64,000 bases of DNA from NCBI GenBank assembly GCA_964106645.2, contig OZ078259.1, one strand, 5' to 3'. This stretch comes from Podarcis pityusensis. Lineage: Eukaryota. Shown piece after piece: positions 14,339 through 28,320 of the stretch. How positions within the stretch are numbered: the stretch's first letter is position 1; every line of letters begins with the position of its first letter. The notes beneath the pieces are model-generated. The model made no database searches and was not told where the DNA came from. It saw only the letters and a list, made by a program, of their open reading frames with translations. The translations under genes and the position numbers were made by a program.

Positions 14339-14774
14339 ACAGCAGTCAATGGAAAATTGCATTAAGAGCTATATAATGTTTTTTCTTAGCTTTTTAAAAA
14401 TTTAGATCAGTGTAGATCCAGCCAATGTTTACAGGTTGCAGGCAGGGTAGAACAGGGGTAGGTGCCAGATGTTGCTGGACTCCAAATCCCATCAGTCCCA
14501 GCCAGCATGGTCAGTGGAGAGGAATGAAAGGAGTTGTAGTCCAACAAAATCCGGAGGGCTGCAGGATTCTCACTTCTGATGTAGAGAGAAACCCTGTCCA
14601 TGTAGCAGCCCCAAATATGTAGTGATGTGTTAAGAGAGCAGTGTCTGGCACTGCATGAGCCATACATTTCGATGGAGTAGGTGAAATCAGCTAACTGAGT
14701 GCCTTGTGCATGACTTGGGAAGGGCAGTAGCTCAGGGGCAGAGCATCTGCTTTCCATGCAGAAGGTGCCAGGCT

Positions 14775-14905
14775 CGCTGGGGTGACCTTGAGCCTGCCGC
14801 TATGTCTTAGTCTAGCCTACCTCACAGGGTTGTTGTGAGGAGAAGACATAGAGAGGGAGAACCACCACCTTGGGCTCCATAGAAGAAGCAAGTGAAATAA
14901 ATAAT
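14775..14905 (+). mobile_element. MIR/CORE-like SINE remnant
   Basis: gggtgaccttgagc...cctacctcacagggttgttgtgagg core; similar remnants near 35500-35605 and 56410-56780. Confidence 0.55.
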
Positions 14906-14985
14906 GTGCTATCAATAGGTGTTGACCAATATTCAGAAGAGCTCTAAAGTTTTGACAGAAGATTGTGTTGGTACTTTTCTTATTA

Positions 14986-15227
14986 CAGTGGTACCTCAGG
15001 TTACATACACTTCAGGTTACATATGCTTCAGGTTACATGCTCCGCTAACCCTGAAATAGTACTTCAGGTTAAGAACTTTGCTTCAGGATGAGAACAGAAA
15101 TTGTGCTCCGGCGGCGCGGCGGCAGCAGGAGGCCCCATTAGCTAAAGAGGTGCTTCAGGTTAAGAACAGTTTCAGGTTAAGTACGGACCTCTGGAACAAA
15201 TTAAGTACTTAACCCGAGGTACCACTG
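14986..15227 (+). mobile_element. Tigger/mariner-like MITE, family A
   Basis: TA|cagtggtacctc...gaggtaccactg|TA. Confidence 0.9.
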
Positions 15228-16614
15228 TATTGAAAATTGGGGCATATTTCTTCTAGCTGCCTTCCCTTTCTAAACTCCCCATCCCTTTCTCCAACTAGCT
15301 TGTTTCTAGAGCGGATTTTATTATTATTATTTGGAAGAGCGATTGTTTCTTTCAGGAAGAGGCATATCCTTTTCCGCCTTGGCATAAATTACACACAAGC
15401 TAGATTTATGTACAATGCAGGGGTCCCCTCAGAATTGGCCTCCTTGGTATGTGAGTGCAACCGCAGGCTTAAAGTCTACTTTTCCTATTAAAGTTTTGGT
15501 GTTTAATTAAAATTGTCTTTAATTAAAATGCAAATATTCCAGGACTTCAACAATAAATTGTTTACACTAGACTGAGAAACAACTCTCAAAGGCTTTAGAG
15601 GTGGGAGGGGGGAACCCTAACATTGCTGGCTGAACACTCAGACTTCACTCTTCAGTGGAGAGATGCTTTTCTCTCTACAGATTGGCTTAATCTGTTCTAA
15701 ACAAATGAAACCTATCCCAGCCTGTATCAAAGATACATGTATAGAATGTGAAACAATTCCTAACGTTATCTGCAAATAATTCCCAACGTAAAGCAAATAA
15801 TTAGAATACTTCAAACTCCTTTGTTAGGGTTATTTCAAACAGTGATTGTTTTTTAAAAAAACTGCCCAAAGTTGTTGTTTTTTTACCAATTTCCGCCCAG
15901 ACACTGCTGCTGACTGCAGTATTTCGGATACGTCCAGGAAATTCCGGACGTATGGAAACCGCCCCCCCAGCCAGCCACAGGTAGAGCACAGCATAGCTGA
16001 TAAAAAAAATGTACCCACATTCATATTCATAAAACACTACCAGAAACACAACAGTCCTCAAAGCATAGTTCAAAAAGAATCTTGATCCATCTTGCCTGTA
16101 AATGTTGTGTGCTGTTGACATGTTCCATGTGTGCTAGTAATGGATAGATATGTGAATCTGATGGCCGTGCATCCTACTTCATCAAGGACAGCCCTCTGTT
16201 TGAAGGAATCATCCATTTGCAGGCCTTCAGGTTAAAAGATAAATAACTCTTAACAAGAAAGGGCAGAAGCCTTGAACTCAGCACCTGGATAGCAGATGGA
16301 GCAGTCACACAGCTCTCCTGCTCAGTCTTACCCCAGTATGGTGAAATGCATTTTTCTTTCCATTTTAGTGGTTACTTCTAAATTTGGGTCCAAAAGTTAG
16401 CACATGCGGGGAGGAGGTTTTTCCCCACCATATCTTTATGCTTCTGTTCTCTCTTTTGGGGGGGTGGGGGTGATACACCTTGTCGTGGGTGGAAGGGTGT
16501 GAAGAAACAAAGAGGAAGTGAAAGTGTGAGGAAGGGCAACGGGCTTGGCCCTTGCCACTCAATTCTCACTCCCTATCCTGACCAGGCAATGTTTGCTAGA
16601 GAAGGACTCATGGG

Positions 16615-16790
16615 CATATGGCATAGGAAGTCTATTGGTCCACCTAGTTCAGTATTGTCAACACTGACTGGCAGCAGTTCTTCCAGGTTCCAGGCATAGG
16701 CCTCCCCAAGCCTTACCTGGAGATGCAACAGGGGACTGAACCTGGGACCTCCTGCATGCAAAGCAGGTGTTCTACCACTGAGCTACGGCT
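16615..16790 (-). mobile_element. tRNA-derived squamate SINE (Squam3-like); representative of about 10 copies
   Basis: A-box gtagctcagtggtaga and B-box ggttcagtccc on the minus strand. Relatives at about 5250-5440, 6925-7085, 11500-12050, 12435-12508, 27410-27600, 30005-30190, 37725-37880, 47015-47190 and 56460-56620. Confidence 0.7.
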
Positions 16791-19700
16791 GGTGCAGGAT
16801 GTGCCACGGGGTTTTTGAATATTGTGCCAATACCACTGGCTGGAGTCACAGAAAAGCAGCTTCCACACCAAGACTGCAATGTAGAAAGAGCACCTCAGTC
16901 TCCTTCAATCCAGCTGGAATTATAAACCATGCAAAGCAGTATCATAGCCATGTGTGAAAAGCATACAAAACATTGCATTATCTGTATATCTGTCTCAATA
17001 AGCTATAATTATATTTTTTCTTCTTTTTTTTTTGTTAAAAAGGGAAGCAGCCCTCCAAGATTGTAGATACCCATCTTTCTAAGCCCTGCTAAAACCTCGA
17101 AACACAACAATTACAGAAAGTAAACAGCCGTAATTGTACACTAAATGCCTTTTTAAAGAGCCAAACGGTGCGTTTATAAGCTTTAACTCCCACTCGCTGT
17201 GACTCTAGAACAAACAGTACATTAGTGAACACAGAAACGAGGGGGAATAAAAGAGAAAAAGCCCTAAAGCTCTTTTTTCCAAGCAAAGAGTTCTTGCAAT
17301 TTCCCTGAAAACTTCTGTGTATGTGTGTGAAACTTAGTGAGCTTAATACATGATTGCATCTGCAGAAAATAACTGCTTCGCATAAAACACAAAAACTAAT
17401 TTGGAAACAAAAATATATATTCTAATTGGTGCTCCCCAGTAAGGGGAGGGGGGAGGAGGAGGAAAGGAATCTAAGGAAATAGGTTTTGCCTTATTCCTGC
17501 AGCCACCATTACACACTTCACATTTCTTTAGAAGCAATAATGATAAAGGCAGACATAAAGAAAGGCACTTTGTAAGCACCCACATTACATTCAACACAAG
17601 TGTACTTTCTCTCTAGAGAGTCAGGCTCAAGTCAGGAGACACACAGCTCTGCAAGCCTAGAGCAGAGGTGCCGCCCTGCATCCCGCTAATTGGCTAGCCT
17701 TCTGTGATGTCACCAAGAAACCCCACCTCCCCTTAAATCCCTTGAACACTTTTGCTATTTAACAATGTTTTGTTTCGCTTTGCTTTTAAAAATGCTAGCA
17801 TGAATAATGAACACCATGCCCCATATCTCAGCCCCATATGGCACAAAATGGCACAATTCATTGATATGTGAGGTGATGCTCGAGGCAATGTTGGTGGCGG
17901 ACACTTCAGGTGTCCTAGAATGCTGATTCAGAGGGGAGCTGGCTTTTGCCTCCTGCCTCCAGCCTCCAGCCCTTCAAATTTGGAATGAACTTTAAGCACT
18001 GAGTGTTGCTCAGCGGCACAGCACTAAATGAACATTCGCAGAGCACTTTTAAAGATATGAAAGGAGATAGAGAGGCATTAAACTGTTAGTGATCTGCATG
18101 TCTGCCTTTTCACAGTACTGAGGAAGGCCAACTCATCCCACAACTAAGGGACCCATTGCAAAAAATCTCTTTTCATATCATGGCTGTCACTGCCCAAGCT
18201 TTTAGCACCTGTGGTCTGCACTCTTGACGCCAAAGAGCAGCTAAAAGTTTCACTTCTGTTTTAAACCACTCTGGCTTCCTCTTTCCCCTGGGACAGGTGG
18301 TCAGGGGGCCACGAGTGCCATTAAAGGCATGGCTATTTTTGTCCTTCCTTCATTTTCTTTACAAGCCTCAAATGAGTGTCAGGATGCGCTGCATCCACAT
18401 CCCAGAAAAGGAAAGGAACTGGATCAAAACCCAAGAGGTCTTCCACCATCAGCACAACGAGCAAGTGAAATCTGCACCAAGTCAGTTACAGGTCACCTCA
18501 AGTCTGAATTCACCAACTGAGCTATGGGATCCATTAAATCAGCCTCAGTCCCACCATGGTGTGGTACCAACAAATTGGTGCATTGTTGTGGGAAAGAGCA
18601 TAGACTGCAAGATGAGAAGTCCTGATAAGGGAGGGGGACTTGTTGGTTGTGGCTCCCCACTTGCACAGCTCTCTCTCCAGTGAAGTCTCCCTAGTGCCTT
18701 CCTTAATATCCTCCCGGCGCCAGGAGAAATCTTATCTCTTTTCCCAGGCTTTTTATGAATGATAATGATTTTTCTGTCTATGGGTAGACTCCCCCCCCCC
18801 CCCACCATTGCTGCTGCTGTTTTATTGGGTTTGTTTTATGGGCTACTGCATAGTTTTTTATTGTAATTCGTTCTTTTTTATGCCACACTTTATGCTTTTA
18901 AAATTTCATAAGTCACTTGGAGGCTCCTTATGTTTCAAGCAATTACTTTCAGCATCACAAATCCGACTCCAGCCACCAGCTCACTAGACAGCCTCAGTGA
19001 AGGGTCATCCTCCATGCCAGATTGTAATACTGTACAGTTATGAATGTCAGCCTACCTTACAAAGTTGTTGCAAGAGTTACATTGCAATCCAATGCACGTT
19101 TAGTCAGGAATATGTTCCACTGGGCCAGATTCAGCTACTGAGTCCCACTTACAGGAGTCCATACAAGGACTTCTGCTGGAGCAATGGGACTTTTCTCCTG
19201 CTCATCTCTCCCTCCTGCTCCCATTGGTTGGGGGTGGGTGCAAGAACTGTTTGGGGTGTGGAGAGCAGGGTCATTCCATTTAGCAAGCTGAAATGCTTGT
19301 GCTAACAGAACAATTGCTATAGCACAATACTGAATCCCTCCTACTAGTAAGTGTGTTTAAGATTGTAGCCTTCAACAAAGAATGTTCAAAACATCTGCTA
19401 TCATAAGCTAGCAGAATGTGTAATTTCAAAGCAAGGTTCCCATACAAAACTATTTCTCCTGTCTACTTCTGCTGATCCAGAAAACACGTTCTTTTCCTCC
19501 AGAGCCATTATTTTAAATGCATAGGAGGATATATGTAAGTTGTAATTAAACTACTTAATCAAAATGCATGCAAATTATTCGGACATACAACTTGAATGTC
19601 AGATGCCTTGGCTGGGCATCATTTAACCTAAGTAACATTTCCAAATACAAAATCCAATAAAGATGGCTATTAATGGTACAAGTTGACACTCATAAGGAGG

Positions 19701-20143
19701 CCAATGAATATCTCCCAAGGCTATTAGTCTGAACTCTACCTTGTTTAACTGGAAATTACACATTTCGTTCAGGCAAATAATATCAGTCTGATCAAGCTCT
19801 CCATAATTAGCTGCCTTTATTAAGAGAGATGGCAGAAATGGTATCACCAAGGAGCTTGCCTGCTGAGCTAGTGTTATCATCACCAGATACTCTCACCTGA
19901 TCTTTCTAGGTGATCTACTCACCCTCTAATTGCTAAGCGCAGACACTTTAGCCAGAGCAATGACCGAGACAAGAAGCAGACTTACAGCGCAACTGCCAAC
20001 CACAGATCACTTTAAGGACTCTGGGTCATGCACTGATAAACTTCTCACTGTGTCTGTTCTGCTTGGTTTTAGCCACTGCTGAACCATTTCCCTCAGAGGC
20101 ACAAACATGGAATTTTTTTCTCTCTGCACTTTTAATTATGTTT

Positions 20144-20145
<2 letters not shown>

Positions 20146-20186
<41 letters not shown>
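20146..20186. repeat. (CA)n microsatellite; a (CT)n run also lies at 7139-7164
   Basis: Seen directly. Confidence 0.95.
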
Positions 20187-20188
<2 letters not shown>

Positions 20189-21866
20189 GCTACTTGAGCC
20201 AAAATAGCTAAAGGAATGTTGCTTGTGTGTTGTTGTTCTGTTATTTAATGCTTGTACCATATTTTATAGCAGCCACTGTAACACTGGGTACAGGATTAGA
20301 CAAAGCAATCAGACAACAGTAAGATGGACTTTTAAAAAAAAGCATTGCTGTGCATGTGTGAATGCTGGCAAAGCCCTGAGGCGTTTGTAATACACTGGGC
20401 TAGATGGTAAAAGAGGACAGGGCTTGTGCACTTTAAGAGGGGATTTCAGCTTAGCAGAGCCGGCCCAGGCATTAGGCAGGGCGAGGCTGCTGCCTCAGGC
20501 GGCAGAAGCTGCCAGGCAGCACACCCACAGGCTCCCCACCTGCCTGCCATCTCCACTGCAGGTGGAGAAGTGCTGTTGCCATCAGTATTGATTTTGGGCA
20601 ATATTGAATCCATTTAGGGCAAGATCTCAGCCAGTGCCAATGGTGGTGGTGCTTCTCCACCAGTGGTGGATGCAGCAGGGCATGTGGTGGCAGTGGCAAG
20701 AAGAGGTGGTTGAGGGAGTGGCAGTGGCGAAACAGGAAATGCTGCCCCTGCAGCTGACACAAGCCCTGTCCTTTTTTGCAACTGGCCGCCCTATTTTTCT
20801 GAACAGGTGGCTATGTTCTGATGAACCCTAAGAGTGGTATGGAAAGGAAGATCCCCCCCTCCCACTGTGCTACAATCCCATTTCCACCTATGAATCTATC
20901 AGCAGATCTAGGACACACCAAAGGTGGGGAGGGGGAGACACTTGAAATGACACATATAATTATCTCATTAAATGCAATGCCACAAGAGGTGGCAAAAACC
21001 ATTAACTCAGCTGACATTTTAAAAGGATTAGGTAAATTCAAAGAGGATAGCTCATGAAAGATGGAATGGAATTTACATCCACAGGCAGTGGTGACTGCTC
21101 TGTTAGGGCAAATGGGGCACTGCTCCACTAAACTCAGCCAGCACTCGCCTGCCAGTCTTTCTCTTTACAGTCAGTCTTTGGGGTGGCACTGCATGCCAGA
21201 TTCCCCTTCGATCTTTGGTGTTGTCCCTGTAGAGCTCAGCGGGGAGGAAGATGGAACCCCAAACTTGAATCATTTGGCTCTGCCTGTCGTTGGCTCTGTC
21301 TCCACCTACTGTTGGGCTCTCTGCTTTCTGCCACAATAGACACCAGATGCTACTGTGCACAGGGGGAGTCTACTTCAAAATCCCAGGTGCAGCAGACAAA
21401 GAACCAGGGCAGGCTGTTGTCTTCATGTACCCCAACCCCTGCCAGGGAGCTTCCCACCGCTATCTGGGGGTTGACAGATGTAAACAGAAGCCCTCTGCAG
21501 ACCTTCTTCACTCAACCCAGGGAAAGGTCAAGACTGAGCATGTTGGAACAATGTGTTTGTTGAAAGTGGGGCAGGAGGTTCCGCATGCATCCCTACCTCT
21601 CCCTCCTCCATGGATATAGAGTCTCCATGTGTAGCACATGGTTGAACTCACCTTATGTTCTTGGCAAATGTGGTTCTCTGTGAGGCTCCCCTCTGTTTGC
21701 CCCTTCCATGGAAGGTCAGGAGAGTGGCAACACAAGACGTGGCCTTTTCAATGGAGGCTCCCTGCTTATGGAATGCTCTTCCCAGGGATGCTTGCCTAGC
21801 GCCATCTTTAGGCACTTGGGGGAAAGATTTCTTTTTTCGCCAGGCATTTGGCTTTAATTATCTGTA

Positions 21867-22216
21867 AAGGTAAAGGGACCCCTGACCATTAGGTCCAGTA
21901 GTGGCCAACTCTGGGGTTGCGGCGCTCATCTCACTTTACTGGCCGAGGGAGCCGGCGTACAGCTTCCAGGTCATGTGGCCAGCATGACTAAGCCACTTCT
22001 GGCGAACCAGAGCAGTGCACAGAAACGCCGTTTTCCTTCCCGCCAGAGCGGTACCTATTTATCTACTTGCACTTTGACCTGCGTTCGAACTGCTAGGTGG
22101 GCAGGAGCAGGGACCGAGCAACAGGAGCTCACCCCATCGTGGGGATTCAAACCACCGACCTTCTGATCGGCAAGTCCTAGGCTCTGTGGTTTAGCCCACA
22201 GTGCCATCTGTGTCCC
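21867..22216 (-). mobile_element. Sauria-type SINE, full length
   Basis: tRNA-like head at the right end, (ACCTTT)-type tail at the left, and a 13-bp TSD ttaattatctgta at 21854-21866 and 22219-22231. Inserted into an older L2 remnant. Confidence 0.9.
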
Positions 22217-23282
22217 ACTTAATTATCTGTAGCCATCTTCAATAGGTGGGGTCATAGAATCATGGCAGTTTAGAGTTGGAAGGGACCTCAAGGGTCATCT
22301 AGTCCAACCCCCTGCAATGCATTCATGAACCTCTGCTTAAAAGCCTCCAAGGAAGGAGAGTCCACTACTTTCCAATGTGTTTTACTCCTGCCTTCTAAAA
22401 ATGAATGAGGTTTTGATTTTACTCTGTTTTAGTTTTATGCTAGTTTTACAGTATGTGTTATTCTCTTTGAGGTTTTTTTTTGGGGGGGGAGTGACTAATA
22501 ATTTTAATTAATAAGAATATAAAGTTACATTGCAGGGGGTTAGATTAGATGATGCTTTGTGTCCCTTCCAACTGTACAATACTATGAAATCATCATCTAT
22601 GTTCATCCAATAAGATTGCTTGCCATTCCAGAGCAGGGTCTTCTTGGTTGCATAAATAAATAATATTACGAAACAAATTTTTGTAAGCTAGGTAGAAAAA
22701 CAAGCCATAAGGGAAGGTGTTGCCATGGTTTGTTGCTGCTGCTGTTGTTTTTACTATGAACGCTCTGTGTTCCATGCTAGAAAAAATCCCCAGTGAAATT
22801 GGACAATTTGAGGTGTCGTCAACAGGCTGAAAGAGCAGAGAAATTTAGGAACGAAGAGAGATGAAGACTATTAAGTGTGCAAGGAGAGCCCCTCCAGCAG
22901 GAGCAGCTCGTGACATTTTCTTTTCTTTTGAGAAGGGCAAAATAATTCCCCCTCTACCCATTTAAAGCAGAGAAGATGAACCTTTTGCAGCATAAGGACT
23001 GCATTCCCTCCTTGGCACCGGTGGGCAGGACCACAGGCAAAAAGAGGTGGAACAATGGATGCAAATTTTACCTTTGTACAACAGAGTAATTTCTACACAT
23101 GCCCCTCTCTATCCTCCATCCAGACAAGGAAGAGGCATCCTTTGTGTTCATCATCACATTCCATCTGGACATAAACATTCAGGGTGCAAAGCAGGACTGG
23201 TGAGTGATGTGGCTTGGGAAGAAGGGATGAAGCATATGGAAAACCAAGAAGGAGCCCCAGGAATGAGGTTCCCTACCCATGA

Positions 23283-23856
23283 TGTACAGAAACCACAATT
23301 CTACACAGAGTTCTCCACCTCACTTGACGTCAAGGGCATTTTCCATCCAAAGGAATGCACACAGCAGAGTAGTGATTTATTGTCAAAGATCACACTTACA
23401 GTCACTTGTACAGCTCTGGATTCCTACGCACACCAGCCTAGCGTCTAGGAAACTATTCCAAGGTAAGCACTCTACAGAGCAGTTGCAGCAACAGGGGACC
23501 ACCCCCCCATCAGTTTATCAGCAGGCTGCATTCATGCAGCCAGAGCTTACACCTGTGTGGAAACTTCTTCTGCTCATCTGTCTTCAACCCCCTCCTGGTT
23601 CTGGGAGGTAGTGGTGCGGGAGAGGGTGGGGAAGCAACTGGCCCTTCACTTGCCTGACCCACATCTTCCTTGTCTTTTTCAGACCCATCCTGTGCTCCAC
23701 CCTCAAACACTGAAGCTTCCCTTGTCTCTGACTCTTGCCTCCTTGCTGGTACAGTTCCCCACAAATCGCTGACCCCCTCTCCCAAGTCAATACTCCAGCC
23801 CTACTTCCGCCTCTGCCCCCAGTGCACACTCGTCAGCATCCTGCCCATTCCTGACA
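23283..23856 (-). mobile_element. Probable solo LTR (Gypsy-like)
   Basis: TGT...ACA termini, 5-bp flanks catga / cttga (one mismatch), and AATAAA on the minus strand at 23376-23381. Confidence 0.5.
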
Positions 23857-26800
23857 CTTGAATATAGCAGGCTAATATAGGGGAGGTCAGGCAGAGCTAT
23901 TGTCACACAGAGCTCTGTCTTCCAGCATCCTGCCATTGCTCTTAGCAACCACATCTGCTACAGCCTGAGGCAGCTACCTCACTCTGAGGCACGATAGAGC
24001 TGGCCCTGTCTACTAGATCAGACCTAAGGACCTTCTAGTCCAACATGCTTTTGCCTTCACATTGGCCAACCAGATGTCTCCAAGAATCCCACAAGACAAA
24101 TGGTGAAAGCACCATACTTTGCCTAAATTTCATAGCTGAGTCTTGCTTCTTTCTTAAGCCCCATGGCCAGTTGCTTCCAACAACAAAGGCAGTATTTAAC
24201 TTTGGTGGTTAATCCTACCCGGCCTTAATCTAGCACACAAATATATACAGAGGACCACAAACAAACAAATAACTATCCTCAGAAATGCCAGGGGATGTGT
24301 GGTGGTGATGGGGAATACGTTATAAAGAAATGAAGGGCTTTGCATTACTGTCTTTCCTAATGAGATAGAAAGTGGCAGATGTAAAAGATTTCATTCAGCC
24401 AACAATCTCTTTTTATGATATGAATAAACTACTCAAACAGATTTAATCCCTTACTAAATCAGATTATGAAAGGCAGACAAAATCACAATTTTATTCAATA
24501 TGCCATTTTATCCTGTGTGACTAATGCATTATTTGTATGAAGTTAAAGTGGAGCTTTGAAGAAAGGGGATGGGCGGTGGGGAAATACCCTATGAAATAAA
24601 TCAAATACTTCTCCTTTGTATAATCTTAACAGACAGATCCCATTAAGATTCCGTTATACATAGCTGTTGGTTAAAATCATTGACCAGCATCCTTATAAAT
24701 TAATCAGCTGAGGTAATGCTGCCTTGGCTGTCAACATTTACTCCTAATCTACATTTAAAATTCACTTTGGCTTTGCAAGTCCCCCGCCTACTGAAATAAG
24801 TTAATCAGCCCTCCCTCTTCTGTTAAAGAGTCACGAAAAGCAGAAGCTCTGCAGAAGCTCCAGCACAGGAGTGGATAACCTGCTTTCACCTCAAGGGCCA
24901 CATTCTCTTCTGGAAAGCCTTCTGAGGGCCACATGCCAGTGGTAGGTAGAGCCAAAAGCAGAAGTGGGTGGAGCAATCTCTGTAAATGTTACCTTTGTAC
25001 AGTACATTAGTTTCAGGAGTGGTACATCCTGTTTCGCCACTTGAGGTGAAACAGAAAGTGCTGCCTTTCCTTGCTGCTCCTGCCACCAGTGCCACCTGCC
25101 CTCCTTGCTCTGCTGCCGCCGTGCACCCTGCCACATCCAATCCCACCAATTTCAGGCTAGATGGTGTCAATTTGGGGCAAGATCTCACCCAAAATCATGT
25201 GACATCTTCTACATCCCACAAGATCTTGCCAGAAATCGGTGCTGAACTTGTCCAACATTGGCAGCATGGCAGGCAGGGTGCCTGCAGGAATGTCACCTCA
25301 AGGGCATCTGCCACCTGAGGCAGTGACCTCACCCTGTCTAATGGCTGGGCTGCCTCTGGTTGGTTTCTTCACATTCATGCTTCCCTCTCGATTCTCCCTC
25401 TAGATAAGCAAGGCACATGATTGGAGTTCAAGAGCACATTTACAGCCAAGCAAGAACACTCAAGGAGAATGCAAAGGATGGCTGCTGAGGGCTATAGCTC
25501 AGGACCATTCACAGCCTAGGGAGAATCATGAGGCCAAGGTGGAATGCTCAGGAAAGCCCAACAATCCCTGACGATTGGCCATGCTAGCTAAGGGGTACAG
25601 GACTTGTGGCCCTCCAAACACTGCTAGACTGCCACTCCCATCAACCTTGATAATTGTTCATGCTGGTTGAGGCTGATGGGAGCTGGAGCCTACCAATATT
25701 TGGAGGGCTACAGGTTTCCTACCCTCCCAGGGTAATTGTTGGCCTGGTCCTCTTGAAGTGGTACAGTCCAAGGAGAGCTGCATCTTTTCCTTTGCCTGTT
25801 TCTGAACCTTTGTAGGCTCTTGGCTTCTACACACAACAATTCCATTCAAGTGGGCAGTTCAGACAAGCTGTAGATAAGCATTCAGATGTTTGCTTGGCCA
25901 GGATCCAAAATAATAATTTGTAGAGCAAGGCATTCCCCTTTACGAAGCATGCACACTAGGGAATGTGCTTAACTGATCTCCGCGGGACTTCCTTCAACTT
26001 AAGATTGTAACGCAAGTTAATATAAAAAGCACCTGATGGATTAACCCAAAGGCCCCTCTATTCCTCCATCCTGTTCTTGCAGTGGCCAATCAAAAGCCCC
26101 AAAACAGGACCTGAGTGCAGCAGCTGTCTCCCCACCTGTGATTACCAGAATCTGGCATTCAGAAGCATATTGCCTCCAACGGCAGAGGTACAACATAGCC
26201 CTAGTTACTCACTTGGCTGTCCAGCATACCTTTCAGGCATTTCTCAACTTAAGGTCACTGGATCATTACAAGTCATCCGAAGCAGACTTCAAATCCCTGC
26301 TGACAAGGAATTTGTTTTTCTCTTCCCTCCCTCCTCTTCTGATATCCTTTTATCTCTAGATATCTCCATTAGTCTGTAGATAATCAGGGTCAGGGAGTTC
26401 ATGTCCAAGAGACACTGCAACAATTTAAACAACTCTTTGAATTGCCAAGCATCATTAGCCAGCTACCTTTGGATAGTAAAAGCTTTCAAGTTGTTAGGTA
26501 TTCCTTAGTTCCCTTTGTGGGCAGAGTACTGAACTGAAAACGATAGTAGGATGGTTGTTTTTTTAAAAAGAAAAGAAAAAGAAAAAGCTTAGTTGAGCGG
26601 ACTGAATCCGACAGAATATACCAGGATTTTTTCCAATCTGAGGGCCACATTCCATTCAGGACAACCTTTCAGGAGCCACATTCCAGTAGTGGGTGGGTAA
26701 AGAGGACAAATGGGTGAAACAATGAAAGTGAGTTTTAGCCTTTGTAGAATAGGTTACATTACATTGAACACATCACTTGACTGGAGAACTTGCACTGTAA

Positions 26801-27202
26801 AACGTGGAGAAGTGCAAATTTTGAAGGGCAGCTGTGTTTGCGCTTACATATTGTTTCAGAAAGTGCAAATAATGTAGGTTCACCTTAAACACGTACTGAA
26901 TCAAATTTATCCCCCACCACTAATCTCATGAAAGATGCACTGCCACAAATAATAATTCCCTCCTCCATTCCCAATGCACTGGAATGAGTACATTCTTTAT
27001 ATCGCCAAAACAGTCTCAATCAAACACAAGAGTTCGATGTTGATGCTTCCAGCAACCAATACATACTGTGGGTGTGGGTGTTTCTGCTGGTTAAGTTACT
27101 TTAGATGGTATCAGGTAATAATATTTGGAGAATAGGTATTTGAGAAGAAGAAAGGGAACCTGAAAAACATTTCAAACTCCTAGGAAATACCATCATTTAA
27201 CC

Positions 27203-27338
27203 CAGACATAGGCAACCTTTGGCCCTCCAAATGTTTTGGCTTACAACTCCCATGATCCCTTGCTCACAGGACCAGTGGTCAGGGATGATGGGAATTGTAG
27301 TCAAAAACATCTGGAGGGCCGAAGGTTGCCTATGCCTG
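27203..27338. mobile_element. Palindromic hAT-type MITE
   Basis: Long inverted arms cagacataggcaacctt / aaggttgcctatgcctg; 8-bp TSD atttaacc / atttagcc. Confidence 0.85.
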
Positions 27339-28019
27339 ATTTAGCCAGTCACTTGTTTGGAGTTTCCAGTTGCTGATGGAAAATCTGTATACTGATAAGT
27401 GAGTACAGAGCATGGAACATAGGTAAATGCCTTCTACTGAGTCAGACCACTGGTCTATCTCATTCAGTATTGTCTACACTGACTGGTAACAGCTCTCCAA
27501 GGTTTCAAGTAGGGTTCTCTCCCAGCCTACCTGGAGATGCCAGGGATTGAACCTGGGACCTTCTACATGCAAGGCAGATGCTCTGCCACTGAGCTACAGT
27601 CACAGATGTGGCCTGGGGTGGGGATGTGGCCTCAGGATTATCCCAGAAGGCCATATTCAACCTCCTGGCCTGAGGTCCTTCACCCTTGATACATGGATGC
27701 TGATTAGGGCAAGTCGTTCTACCAAGCCAATAGGTGAGATGTCATATCAAAAAGAAAGGAAGGAGGGACATTCCTAAGTGCTTTCAATTTATTATCTAAA
27801 TGAGATAATAAATCTGGGACTTTTTGAAAAACAAACAATAACACACATAATTCAGCACAGGGATGGGGAACCTGTAGTACTTCAGATGTTGTTGAACTCC
27901 CAACTTTCTGCATGCAGTGCCTGAGCTTAAGTCTGAGGGCATTTGAGGCTCTCCCCTGCAATCTCACACTCAAACTGCACATACCCACCTCCATCTGATT
28001 TACATGGGGCTTATATGGG

Positions 28020-28278
28020 GCGGTTCCCTCATTGCGAGAAGCAAAGCTACAGGGAACCAGGCAGAGGGCCTTCTCGGTAGTGGCGCCCGCCCTGTGGAAC
28101 GCCCTCCCATCAGATGTCAAAGCGATAAAACAACTACCTGACATTCAGAAGACATCTTAAGGCAGCCCTGTTCAGGGAAGTTTTTAATGTGTGATATTTT
28201 AGTATATGTTTGGTTTCTATGGAAGCCGCCCAGAGTGGCTGGGGAAACCCAGCCAGATGGGCGGGGTACAAATAATAA

Positions 28279-28316
<38 letters not shown>
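28020..28316 (+). mobile_element. 5'-truncated L2 LINE 3' end with (TTA)n tail
   Basis: Encodes the RT C-terminal motif RAFSVVAPALWNALP, followed by the gccgcccagag terminus and tail. Confidence 0.85.
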
Positions 28317-28320
<4 letters not shown>

